A DNA stretch of 57,208 bases, filler included, from Trichosphaerium sp. ATCC 40318 (lineage: Eukaryota; Protista; Tubulinea), in NCBI GenBank assembly GCA_038496445.1. It is 2 parts of 2 records of this genome, joined end to end, with 100 filler letters (N's around TTAATTAATTAA, not from the genome) between each part and the next. Parts side by side here need not be neighbours in the genome. Positions count along the whole stretch, not along the records: positions 1 to 25,648 come from JALMLS010000262.1; positions 25,749 to 57,208 come from JALMLS010000265.1. The stretch is one strand, 5' to 3'. Shown one piece after another: positions 24,848 through 36,655 of this stretch (position 1 is its first letter; every line of letters begins with the position of its first letter). Made by a program: the position numbers and the translations under genes. The notes below the pieces were generated by a model. It made no database searches, was not told the DNA's origin, and saw only the letters and a list, made by a program, of their open reading frames with translations.

Positions 24848-25648
24848 CAGGTCTAAAAATTAAAGTGGTCTCATACCAGTTTTTTCATGGTATATACCAC
24901 TTTTTTCAACAAAATGGTATATGGACTGGTATATACCATTTTGAAATACCACTTTTTTAGAAATTAAGTGAATAAAAAAGAGGTATATGGAAGTGGTATA
25001 TACCACTTTTCATTCACATAATGAGACCTTCTAAAAATGGTATATAAAGTGGTATATACCACCTTTTTATGGTATGTGGTATATACCACCTTTTTATTGG
25101 TATATACCACTTTTATGGTATGCTTCAAGAAGGTCATTAAGGAGCTTTTTGGTAATGGGTTTTCTTGTTGAACAATCATGGACGTCATACATTGAACGGT
25201 GCTTGTCCTCCTTAGTATATCATAGAATCTAACCAAACCAAGCTCATTCGAACCGCAGGACCTGATTCCAGTACCAACATTGAGGAAACTATATTGCAGG
25301 TATTATACAGACGTTCGTGGGTACCAGACAAAGTTTTATTTTATTTTCGTTTGATATACATTAACCGACCTCCGTAGGCCTTAGTAATTGATAGATTCAG
25401 GTGGAACCACTTTTATTAGGTGCGCAGCATGTTTTTACAGTAGGTACAGCAAGCTCATGGAGATGGACGAATTTTCCAGACGCCCATAGTAATGTAACTG
25501 TAGTGGACATTGTCCAAAACTTGTAACTCACAAACTGTGTATTAAATAAAGTGTATTTTCTGGAATTGCAGGTGTACTATAAGTAAGCATAAAGTGGTAT
25601 ATAAGAGTGGTATATACCATGAAAAACTGGTATAAAAAAGTGGTATAT
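24848..25648 (-). mobile_element. Second (inverted) copy of the CAGGTCT MITE, truncated at the contig end
   Basis: Begins CAGGTCTAAAAATTAAAGTGG; near-identical to the reverse complement of ~13710-14511. Confidence 0.93.
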
Positions 25649-25748
25649 NNNNNNNNNNNNNNNNNNNNNNNNNNNNNNNNNNNNNNNNNNNNTTAATTAA
25701 TTAANNNNNNNNNNNNNNNNNNNNNNNNNNNNNNNNNNNNNNNNNNNN
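25649..25748. other. Artificial contig linker (N44-TTAATTAATTAA-N44)
   Basis: Exactly 100 bp, symmetric, with a six-frame stop cassette. Confidence 0.97.
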
Positions 25749-27700
25749 TCTATCTAAACGTACTGGTACATAGTATGCGATAATCATTGCAACAATGATC
25801 AATAGTATGAATCAACACACAGCTAGGCCAATGACCAAGTACTTCCACCAACCTGAACACGTGTTTTGATGCTCATAGCAACTGAGAATTTTGAAGATGT
25901 CTGTTTGATTGAAGATTCTACTTTTTTACAACTATCACTATGAACAAAAAGTATATCTGAGAATCCATCTGTTGAATTAATACAACTGTACTCAAATAAA
26001 GTTCGCTCTGTGTCTTGTTTCTCATCCGTATGGACAACAAGTGTTCCAGAAGGAGTAAAGCAACCTTTTAAAACAATGTGAAAGTATGAGTATGACGTTT
26101 CAATACCTGTAATGTTGACACGTCCTCCTTCACGAAAAGTGACCTTGTGGTTTGTTGTGGAGTTGTAACTTCCATTAATTGCAATTGATCCGTTTATCTC
26201 AATAGTTAGTGGCAACCCAAAGGTTGTAGGACCACTCATTGGTGCAATTGTTTGGGGCTTTGTTGTGTGATTTTGCTGGCACTACAGTTGGACTCATACC
26301 GGTAGGAGGAGTAGGCGGTGCACTTGGCGTGTCTCGAAGAAGACTAAACTGAATTAGGACCACATAAAAATAACTGTTGTACGAATTTCGCTGTTGAACA
26401 TTTGCGCCAACTATAGACACAGTAACATTGTTCGTGGAAATAACTGGACCATATCCGTTGTTAAAGTCAAAAAAGTAAAGTAAATCAGGATTCATTGTAT
26501 TAGGAAGTATGCCAATTCAAGAAGCTCGTCATCTGATAGCTCCTTTTTTAAAACAATTAAAAAATAGTGAAAAGGTTGTTGTTAGTACTTGTTCCAAATA
26601 CTCAAGTTGTCAATGTCACCCTACAACAGTGGTTCAATAAGATATAAAAGTTTAAAACAAATAACTTACAGAACCAAATCGAGCTACAGTACCATTACGT
26701 AGACAACCAATCACGAAATATCCTTTGTTGTTAAAGACTCATTAGTATTAACTATTTTAAGGGATTGTGTACCTTGTCTGAGTGAGAGAGGGGATGTAAG
26801 CCGTATACACTTCTGACTACTGTGTTGTTTGATATTGTCTTTAGTGAAATCTTATTTTTGGCTACATCACGTGAACAATAAACATAAATCTGTGTATTGG
26901 TCAGAACATATCCTTTACAATCTTACTTACCCATTCATTTGCAGGCACTTGTGGGTGAATGGTTGAATCAAAGGTGTTAGGATATTGATCCCAAAAGCCA
27001 TTGTTGAAAGTATCAAACGCAAGTTGCCGCTTGGATAGTGAGGGGAAGAAATTGCCAATGCTAAACATACTACCATTGTCATGACCTGTAAAGGATATTG
27101 TCGAAAAGATACTGTGTAGGTTGCAATCCGCGAAAGAACAGTCTCTACTCACATTAGAATAGAAGAGATATCATTAAATATAAAAGGCAACGAACTTGTC
27201 AAAGTTTATCCAGGCGCCAACTGAAATTATAGAGTTGCTATTGAAGTCTTCGCCCTCAATAAGAATACCGCCATCCCCCATATCACCTGAAAAGTGCGCT
27301 GCCATACCGGCTGGATTGCCTTTTACTTCTAAAGAAAGAAGTCAGTTTCTGGCGTTAAACAAATAATTTATTTCAATACATACCACTGGTGCATACTGTT
27401 GCCATAAAAAACGTGACCACACACAAATACTTCAAAAACGACTGGCGTTCCCTGGAATACATTTATAATTATTCTGGAATGTATGTTGTTTCTTTTAGTG
27501 GTTGCTATGATGACAGTGTTTGAAGTGAATAGAATTGGAGTTGGCTTAACAATTGTAGTGTTTGTTTTGTGAGCAACAAAGAACGCACAGCTCTTGGCGA
27601 TGAAGTGATGAACAGGTTGATTCTTGCCTTGACAGTTTTTAAATATATTTTCCAACAATGCGAATAAAACTAGCGTGAGAGTTCGTGTTGTCCAATGCAT
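25749..27700 (-). CDS. Secreted or type I membrane protein with a LamG/concanavalin A-like domain; 3' end truncated at the contig edge
   Basis: Signal-like N-terminus MHWTTRTLTLVLFALL; ISVGAWINF, VPANEW and GDIDNLSIWN..LSDDEL LamG-type motifs; Pro/Thr stalk; hydrophobic C-terminal segment. Confidence 0.6.
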
Positions 27701-27884
27701 GTGCCAACATTAGCACAAGTACGGAACTTCTGGTAGTAGTTTATACAGCGTTTGGTGTCAACGTATTAAAAATACAACTCAACGTTTTAACAAGGCAACC
27801 AAAGTGAAAAATATTTCGGCAACTTTTGGGCAGTTTTGGGAGAAAACTCATGACATTTCATTTGCTATTCGTATTTGTTTTAAA

Positions 27885-28843
27885 ATGGCTAGACAACAAG
27901 TCTGTAAGGATAAGTATAATGCCACTTCATCATATATACGTACAACACTATCAAATGAGCCATATCAAAGGTGGACAAGTATAAACTGGACAAAAACGCA
28001 AGTGAAGTTAAAAACGCTGCAATGGCTCAGAATAAACCTATTTTATGGAAATTGTTGTTGATTACTTTGAAAAACCAGAAACGGGAGTTTGTTGACTTGG
28101 AGGTATGGCCAAAAAACAATGTTTTTTTTTTTTTTTTTTTGCTGTGATTTCGAAAAAAGGTAGAATCCTGCGAAGCGGGTTACTCTCTGATGAACGTGTT
28201 ATTGATCGTATAAATAGAGGATTTATACCTTATGCTCTTAATGTAACAGATGGAAGTCATATGTTCCCTGTTAATGATATATCAGCAACTAAGGAGTTTC
28301 GTCGAATTCAAAAAATTCACCCTCATTTTAAAAAAGGATTCGCTAGCATCTCCTTACTGTCACCTGATGGAAAGTATAAACTTGGTACTATCGATCCTGT
28401 TCGCGAAAATGTACGCCTATTTTTTTTTCTCCAAGTCACGTGATAAATTAATCTTGTTGATTTCAAAAAAGATGGAGATGCAACTTTCCTATGCTGCTTT
28501 TGACGCTTGGGTTATAAAGTGTATGGCGAAATTTGAGCTTGTAAAACAAATGGAAGCGAAATTCCAATCCGGAAACATGGGGTGGTATGAAGGATATAGG
28601 GAAACTGACAAAGCAAGTACGTAAAACGCTTCTCAAAAACTTGAAATATTGATTGTCGTGGTAGGGATTCGCAGAAGGCTTTGAGTGGTTTAGAAATTGT
28701 AGTGATTTATTGAAGCAATTAAAAGCAGCTAATACTACCGATGACGATGTTATAGACATAGCTAATTGTGGCTTACTTGGTAAGCAATGTTGTTTGCAAT
28801 AAACGACGACAAGTACTACTGTTTAATAGCACAACCGAAATGA
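27885..28843 (+). CDS. Thioredoxin-fold selenoprotein (SelN C-terminal-like, CU motif)
   Basis: MEIVVDYFEKPETGVC[TGA 28093-28095]LG-intron 28103-28159-GRILRSGLLSDERVIDRINRGF resembles the SelN SCUGSGRTLR region; SECIS-like hairpin downstream. Two homopolymer indels must be assumed upstream of the Met at 28045; true start uncertain. Confidence 0.75.
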
Positions 28844-28868
28844 TGAGCTTGCTCCTCAACAACTAGAC

Positions 28869-28941
28869 CAACAACTTGCCATGAAGGATGTGCACAAATC
28901 CCTTTTTTTGGGCCTGCACTACCTGACTTTTAAACTTGTTG
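28869..28941 (+). promoter_or_regulatory. Eukaryotic SECIS element (type II)
   Basis: Helix I CAACAA/TTGTTG; core ATGA (28881) and TGA (28924); helix II AGGATGTGCA/TGCACTACCT; unpaired AAA 11 nt after the core; mini-stem CCC/GGG. Confidence 0.8.
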
Positions 28942-29276
28942 TAAATTGTTTTTGAATTAATAAAGCACCTGTTCTTGGCTTTTTCATGCTCAAAATACTA
29001 AGCATTTTTATCATTAACTGATTGCTGTTACCTTTGTGTTCGAGTTTGAATAACAGCACTTCGAATTAGCACGTTTGCATGTCAAAGTTCAACAATGGCT
29101 TTTGACATAATACAACTTGGGTATATTTACAAAGTGAGCATTCTTTTGATAAAGTGGTACTTGTTTATTCAAGTTAATTGACGAAATACCTTGCGACCTT
29201 ATTGGGTCATAATGGCACGACCAAGGAAACTACCGTTCTGCAGACTTATAAAAAGTAAAAACTGCTTTGATGCTGC

Positions 29277-29507
29277 TCAACGAAAGAACCATTCCTCTCA
29301 ATCCGGCTACACAGTTAGTATGTCTCAAAAACGAAATAATCATGTGAAGTTCGTAAGGTAACCATAAAAATCGATGTGCGTTTTGTGGTGTCTGTTACAG
29401 TCATATCAGCATCATCGTAACTTTACAACCGTCTTTCTACGTTCCTGTTATTTCGTTTAGACGTACTAACGTTGTAGCCGGATTGAGAGGAATGGTACTT
29501 TCGTTGA
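29277..29507. mobile_element. ~231-bp MITE-like inverted-repeat element
   Basis: ~35-bp near-perfect arms TCAACGAAAG(A/T)ACCATTCCTCTCAATCCGGCTACA, extending to ~60 bp imperfect; TSD not resolved. Confidence 0.7.
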
Positions 29508-29559
29508 CCAACAAATACAAGAAAACGAAGGTGTATCAATTCTGGCACAAAGTATTATT

Positions 29560-30500
29560 AGACTTTTCTAATTGACCTAACATGACAAACTGTTTTAGAG
29601 TCCGATCATCGTAGCAAAATGAATAAAAAAGACAGCATCTATCCGAACAAGGGGTAATAGACCTTATTTCACTTCCAACTGAAATGCTAGTGCATATTCT
29701 CAAACAAGGTATACACTTCGCGCAGGGCAAACATGCCACGTGTTACATGAAATTATCCACAAACACATTGGATATGGTAGAATGCGGATTAGAAGAGAAA
29801 AAGAAGCAAAGATCCTGCTGGTAGTCCATTACTTCGGAATACAACAATTGAATTGAGCCATTGGCTACAAATGACGGACGACTGTGTGAAGTACTTGGCA
29901 GGTGTACATGAGATTGATTTATCGGGTACAAATGTAACAGAAAGGCTTGAAGGTGTTGGGAGGCGTGCGCACAATTATCTTGCCAGAATGTGACTTAATA
30001 CAGATGAGGGCATCAAGGTGTTAGCAGGCGTACAATACATTGATTTATCAGGTACAAATGTAACAGATGAAGGTGTGAAGCTATTGGCAGGTGTACATGA
30101 GATTGATTTACAGCTACAACAATAACAGATTAAGTTTGAGAGCACTTGCAGGTGTACACACAATCTATGTTGAGGAATGCAACTCAATAAAAAATGAGGG
30201 TCTAAAATTGGAGGGTGCACACCTATTCACTTTCATGGCTGTGAACTGATAACAGATGAAGGTAATGCATTCGTAGGCAAAATGTGTACAAGTAGCATGA
30301 AAAGGGCCGTAGACTCATTAAGGTAGAAATGCTATCCCCCACAAAAAGAGCAATGACGCCAGTGTATTTGAATTACAAAGTTAATTGAATATGGAAATGC
30401 TGTTGAGAGAATTTTGAAGCAAAATCTCTAAGTCAACCTGATCTTGATTGAATAGATACCAAATGTAACTGATGAAGTACTTGAAGGTACATGGGAAGCG
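29560..30500 (+). pseudogene. Degenerate leucine-rich repeat gene
   Basis: Repeats such as LAGVQYIDLSGTNVTDEGVKLLAGVHEIDL, with frameshifts and stops. Confidence 0.75.
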
Positions 30501-31076
30501 TACCATAATAACTTGAGAATAGTGACTTAATAATTAACAAGTACTACAGACAAACAACATATTTTAAACACCTACTACATTTCCTCTTGAGATATAGTCT
30601 TTTGTAAATGGTGTACAGAGAGTGCAAGGAATGGTATAATGGCCACTAGGTGAATTCAAGGAGGCAATAAAATTGGAGCCTGATATGTTAAATACAAAAA
30701 AGAAGGAATACAAGGAGTGGCGAAACTAGAGCTCTAAGCAAACGGTTTCTACTTAACCGGTTATGGCAATTCGCAGTACTTTTATTGAGTTGATTTTCGC
30801 TACAGTTTATGTCCAACGCTGTTCAGTACATTATTCTACTGAATCATAGTTGTTAAGAAGTCAAGGTAACCGGCTTGTAACCTGAAAAGTAAGGCCTCTT
30901 GGCGCAACAACAAGCCCTATACAAAAAGATGCGTGACACCATGACAAGAAGGATGACAGAAGCTTGGTAAAGTAATAAGCATTGATAAAATCACGTAGTA
31001 CAAGCTCAGTAAAGTCAAGTGTGAAAATGGTAGACCTGATGTCAATCCATAAAAACTCGACCCCGAAACATTAGCC

Positions 31077-32089
31077 ATGAAGGTGCTGTATGTACTGACT
31101 TCAGTTGGATTGGCTTTACACTGTATATGGACTTTATCAAACTCTTACCGTTTCGCGATCGGCAACCCTAACATGGTTCTACAATCATTTGAGGTAATAA
31201 AAACAATAAGCTTGAGAGCTAAAGACGTTTTTTATCTAATCTAAGTGTAGCCATTGTTAAAGGGTTTAGGACACAACATATCAGATCAGCACGTGATTTT
31301 TACGCCCATGTGACGTTTTAGCTTCGATTTTGTAGGTATTTGGAACGTGTAGCAAAGGAGAGAATAAACTACCATGAAACGTCATCAAAGTATATCATAG
31401 ACCCTCATATCCATTTTGGAACAATCTTTGGTGAGTTTTGCTAACGTATCACGTGATTCATTTTTAATATTTTCTCAAAAAGGCGTGATTGCACTTTTTC
31501 AATTCTCAAAACGTGTTCGACAGAAGTACCCCACATTCCACAGATTATGTGGTTGTATCCTCCCGCTTTTTCTTTTTTGTTTCCTTTCATATTTGTTGCC
31601 AATGTTTTGCCTTAACGTATTCCAGTTCTTTACTACTTTATCGGTGCTTTCTTATGCGTCACTGGTGTTATGCTAGCTTTAAATACTGAACATGATGCTC
31701 ACATACCTATTACGTCTATTATAGTTGCAGTCAGGTATTTTTACTGCATGACAAAGGCCTACATTGCAGCAACAAACAAACGGTTTTCATCTCATTACAT
31801 GTGGAATTTAAGGTCTTTGGGTTGCATCCTCTTCTCCATAATGCAAAGACCTGCTCACATCTTGATACCAATATTTGTTAATATGGATGAGGTACACTAG
31901 GTATGTTAAAACAAGATTACTAACGAGATGTGCTAGCATCCAGGTTTGAGAAACTGGGACATTGTTTTTGGTCTTTCCTTTTGGATGTCTCTTATCGTTT
32001 GCTATGTCGGCACTGAACGTTACATAACCTACATCTTTCCAAAAAATACTTCTACAAGACCAAACAAAGCTGTAGTAAAACTTGAATAA
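31077..32089 (+). CDS. DUF2306-like multi-pass membrane protein (paralogue 1)
   Basis: Spliced HIHFGTIFGVIALFQFSKRVRQKYPTFHRLCG...AYIAATNKRFSSHYMWNLRS matches the DUF2306 pattern H..G...QF..R...HR..G / H..W..RS. Confidence 0.7.
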
Positions 32090-32109
32090 AACGTAGTTGA
32101 CAAGATCTT

Positions 32110-32345
32110 ACTTTCACAATACTTTACCTAAACAATGCTCAGTTTAGTACGTAATATCCTAATATGTTGCCAACAAAATTCCACTTAAGTAACTGATGTC
32201 GGTGTTAAAGCGTTGAAAGGCGTTCATACTATTTTCCTTGATTACACTGCTGTAACAGATGAAGGCATTAAAATTGTTTCTGGTGTTCATACAATAGACG
32301 CTGCAAATACTTCATCACAGATGAAGGTATTCCCAAATGGCTGAA
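32110..32345 (+). pseudogene. Second LRR remnant
   Basis: VTDVGVKALKGVHTIFLDYTAVTDEGIKIVSGVHTID, same repeat type as 29560-30500. Confidence 0.7.
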
Positions 32346-32428
32346 CGGAACTCACAATCTCATTCATTAATAAACAAACAAATATACAGGACCTTTGACT
32401 TTCTACTTTATGTACATATGTTACAATC

Positions 32429-35400
32429 TCACAATTGCTTGTGTTCTATCTGTTGAGCATACTCCATTTTAAGTGCTTCAAAAGCCACAGGAGGTCCTCC
32501 TTGACCAGGACGATAAGCTCCATTCTTTTCTCTCTTTGGCTCAAGGTCTTTTGAGCGTACCATAGCCGCTTGTGTATCCATACCTCTAATCAAATAGTAA
32601 GTCTCTGCAGAGCCAAATTTTCTTCAAAAAAAAGAAGAAAAAAAGAAGAAAAAATGTGTTTCATACCTTGAAGCCGTCAAGATGATCAAGAAGCTTGATT
32701 TTGAGTTGATTTTATATGTCTTCTCTTCATTAAACCGTAGCGTACTCGAAAGCACCTTTGTTATCATTGTCCATCGATGAAAGTTCTCTTTAACAATATC
32801 ATAACATTTATTAGGGCAATTGTTTCTTTTAAAAGCTTCAGCAATCATTTTCAAGTCAACAAGAACTGAGCCCATATAAGGTAAACAAGGACCTTTAGTG
32901 TTAGATAATGCGGTTCTATAGTTTTTATAGTTTTGAGATAAATCAAATAAATCCATAAAACCAATAAAGAGCTGTTGTCTCTGAACAGAAACACGCTAAA
33001 ACAAGAGAATAAGAAAAAAATGAAACTTCTATCTTTTTCTCAGAAAAAAAACAATCAACGTTTGGATTTTTTTGTTGTTGTTTCAGCACTAAACGTACAG
33101 CCCATGTCTTGTGTAGCCTCCAAACAGCAACTGAAGTAAGAACAAAAACAAAGCTCATAGCACCATCAAAGTTGTTCAGTGCAACAAGTTCCTAAAGGAA
33201 GTTAACACTACAAAAAAAAATTCCGAACGGACAAAAAAAAACTCGACATTTTTGGTCGTCCATCCGTACCTGCGTTATATCAATGAACTTTTCTACAGTC
33301 TTTGCACGTTTCCTCTCACTGCTATCCTTTTGAAGCAATAAACTTGTAAATAGTTGTGTAATATGATTCCCAAGTGCAATAAACTCCAAAAGGTTGGGGC
33401 TATTCTTAGACTTGGTTTCTTCTTTTAACCAAGCACGGTCAAGCAATTCCAACGCTGCAATTTTCTACCACAAAATAAGTACCGCTACACGCTAACTTGA
33501 CTTTTTTGTTGCTGTTACGCTAAATGCTCCAAACACAATACAATCATTTTAGTTACCTTGTACAAATTAACTTGGCACACTGTGATCTGCTCCGCAATAT
33601 CTTTTGGGTCCATGTCTAAAATCTTCTTTCTCTTCCAAGAGTGAGTCTTTTGTGTGTGAGAAACACTAGATGTAAGAGACATTGATTTAGTCATCTTAAT
33701 CATAGTACTACGAATCTACAAAAACAACAAAATGAGCCCAAAGGCATATTTAAAAGAGCGCAGCAGACTTCAAGATCGTACTTTCTTAGTAAGGTGAGTT
33801 TGAAGACGTTCTGCCATTTGAGGAACAGCCTTCTTATATTGGAACATAAGAAAGTACTGGTACCTCGCTGTGAGGTCAGGATCTTCCTATAAAAGAGTGT
33901 CAAACTAAAGGCATCACAACTTCGCGTAAAGCCAAAGAAAAGATTTGACCCGAGTACCTTAAAATCAAAAAAGAAATTCGTCACCCATTCGTGAAGGAAG
34001 CTAAAAATCCGTTTTCCAACGGTAGGATCATCATGTTTACTCAGCGTCTTTGATATATGCTCAATAACGTCCTGAGGCATTAAATACTCTCTGTAGTTAT
34101 ACAGAAACACATTAATTTGACTACAAGACTTCTCGTCCACAACGTCAATACCATCATAGTCCTCAGGTACGCCTATAAACCCGACCTTTCGTAAGCAAAC
34201 GTTCGTTGAGAAAACGACGTACCAGCAAAGTAGCGATCGAGAACGTCTAAAATACTTGATTGGGTAACACCTCCTCTAGGAAGTTTTGCTCCAGCACGCG
34301 TTAAAGGATGTAAATGAACTCTGAAAAAGAATGATGAGTAAAAAATACTCCAACTACGTGGAATTCAACACAAATAAAACTACTAAAAAGCACCTGCTGT
34401 AAGTGTCCAATAGCTTGTCAAGCGTACGATACGTAGTACCAAGATAGCTATATGATTGCTTTCCGACACTTAATCGCCGTTTCACAGCTTTACTAACTAT
34501 CCCATGCTTGCGTTTGACGCTCAGAGAGTACGCTGGAGCGTTATTATCAAAGCTCATAAAATAGGTACCCTAAAACGATAAGTTAGGTATTAATAGGCTA
34601 TTAATCCTCAAAGAGTACCTCAGGAGCATCCTTCAGGAGCGTTTTAGTTTCCCTTTCGCTTACGTTCCCAAGAAAAAATCTAAAAAGCCGTCAGAAGCCA
34701 CCAGAAGCGGTTTGAAAATCATAAAACCATTATCATCAATAAAACTAAACTCATACCTCTGCCGTGCAACATCGCCAACAAAAGGCGTCTTACAATTTTC
34801 TGCATTAAGTGCTAAGTAGCCTGCAACAGAAGCAAACGTCTGTTCTCTATTTACAAAAAAATTAACAAAGTTCCGCGTGAATTTGACTTTTTGGCCTTTT
34901 TAGTCGTACCGATGCGTTTTGAGCAAAGTGAAGCCGCAAGAGGAAAGGCGCAGCCATACAGTTTTGACTTGACTTATTATTTGTTTCTCGTCTTCCACTC
35001 GAGCTACGTAATCAACGAAAACGTAACCGGGCATGTTCAAAGAAAATCTAACAATAAAAGTGCCAATTTCTTGATCACTTAGGTGTCTATACGCTTCTTT
35101 ATGCGTCATACATCCATAAAACCTATTGAATATGTCAGAAACGCTGATTTTAGCCTTTTTTTAAACCAAAGTACCAGTTTCGTTCAGTCATAGTTTTTAC
35201 TCTATGTAAACAGTTCCTGAGTGGTCCAAAAACCTTTAGAACTATTAATTATGCTATTTTGATGAATACTAGTTTTACCCTCGTAAATGTAGCAAATGCA
35301 TAAATAGTCACTGATTTGTTAGTTGCACCTAATAAATGGCGCATAAATTGTTTTTGATCTGCTGTAATTGAGTTTTTCCCTTTTGTTCTCAAGTGATCCA

Positions 35401-35739
35401 AAGAATGATTGCTCATCATAGACCAGAATGGTCCCCAAGGTAAATAATACGACTGTAGATGACAATCATTAACTTATAAATAACACGCGGTAAATAAAGC
35501 CTAAAAGCACCAAATCGCACCTCTGCGCCAATATTATTGGCCCAAAAATCTCTTGCGCCTTTTCCAGGGAGTAATGTGCGAAATATAATATTAAGAGCTT
35601 CTCTATCAGCAGTTCTACTCCTCACATTACGCTTCTCGCTTGAGTTCTTCTTTAGTTTTGGTTTTATAGCTTTTTTAACACCTAAACTGCGAGCGCGCCT
35701 ACGCCTGGGCTCGCTAAGCCCTGGGCTGGCCGGACGCAT
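32429..35739 (-). CDS. RasGEF (REM + CDC25) with two N-terminal SH2 domains
   Basis: SH2: FYGYMTHKEAYRHL..QEIGTFIVRFS and FFLGNVSERETKTLLKDAPE-GTYFMSF; REM: FLYNYREY..FLHEWVTNFFFDF; CDC25: DIAEQIT, SPNL, LNNFDGAM, RLHKTW, NYKNYR, PCLPYMG. Confidence 0.88.
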
Positions 35740-36655
35740 TACGCGTGAATACTTTTCCGTTGTATGGATGTGTTATGAAGAGGTGCGGCCCAGAATAGAT
35801 CAAAAAAGTGATAAGCAACGAGTTTTTCTGACTAAGTATTAAATGATCTTTAAAAGTACTACTTAAATACACAAGACCAAATAACAAGCGTAAACGAAGT
35901 GTTTGCAGTGGTTTTAGTTTTTTTCGAAAACCACAGTATTTCTTAAATGGTAGTAAACTTCCTAGTTATCCTCTAAAAAGAATGTAGGAGTTTATAGAGT
36001 TGTTGTGGATATGGTTGTGTTAATTAGTATTGGTGTTTGAGCCATAACAACCCGTTTTAGTTTATATTCTGAATGAGAAAAAGAAGGAGCTAGATTTATC
36101 CTCTGACGCCTCAGTCACAAGGGTGCATGCTCTTGAGCGTATTAACAAGTTTAACAACGAGAAAAAACCGACAGAAAATGGTATCCGCTCTGTGCAACCA
36201 TAGGATTCTCTTTTGTAGTCAGTAAATACCAAATACCGTCATTACTGCAGTAGCCTCAAACACAAAAGAATTTCTTATAATAGGTATGTCAGAATGTTCG
36301 TCGTATAACTTCTTTCGTATTGAATATACTCCACAAGGCGAAGTTTCAATTGTTTGTCCGAAAGTGAGACTGTTTTATTTTTAGCTCACTTTCGAAAATA
36401 TTGTGCAACTTAATAAAATACTCAGGTACTAGAACTGAACCAAACTACCGTAGGCTTTTCAATAATAGCATGTGACTCCAGTTTTGCAAAGTAAGTCGCA
36501 AGCATGTGTCTTAACGCCACGTGATATAAACATATCTTGCCGTCCCTTTTTCACATGTAATCCCAGGTATAGTGATGACTGACTTTGCCAACACAACCAA
36601 TAACGACGGTAGATCCAATATTTGCGTAGTCGTCTTGTCTTAATTTTCTTTGTCT

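Noticed and set aside
25649-25748. TTAATTAATTAA as a biological motif or piggyBac target
   Set aside because: It is centred in a symmetric 100-bp N spacer: an artificial six-frame-stop contig linker.
12340-28045. Programmed ribosomal frameshifts at A/T runs (~12345, ~23020, ~27995, ~28043)
   Set aside because: All are single-base indels in homopolymers, and the two arms of the duplication differ by similar indels; sequencing error or decay is more likely.
28093-28095. Genome-wide TGA reassignment
   Set aside because: TGA terminates other genes here (NAPE-PLD at 39978, RasGEF at 32429), and a local SECIS explains this codon.
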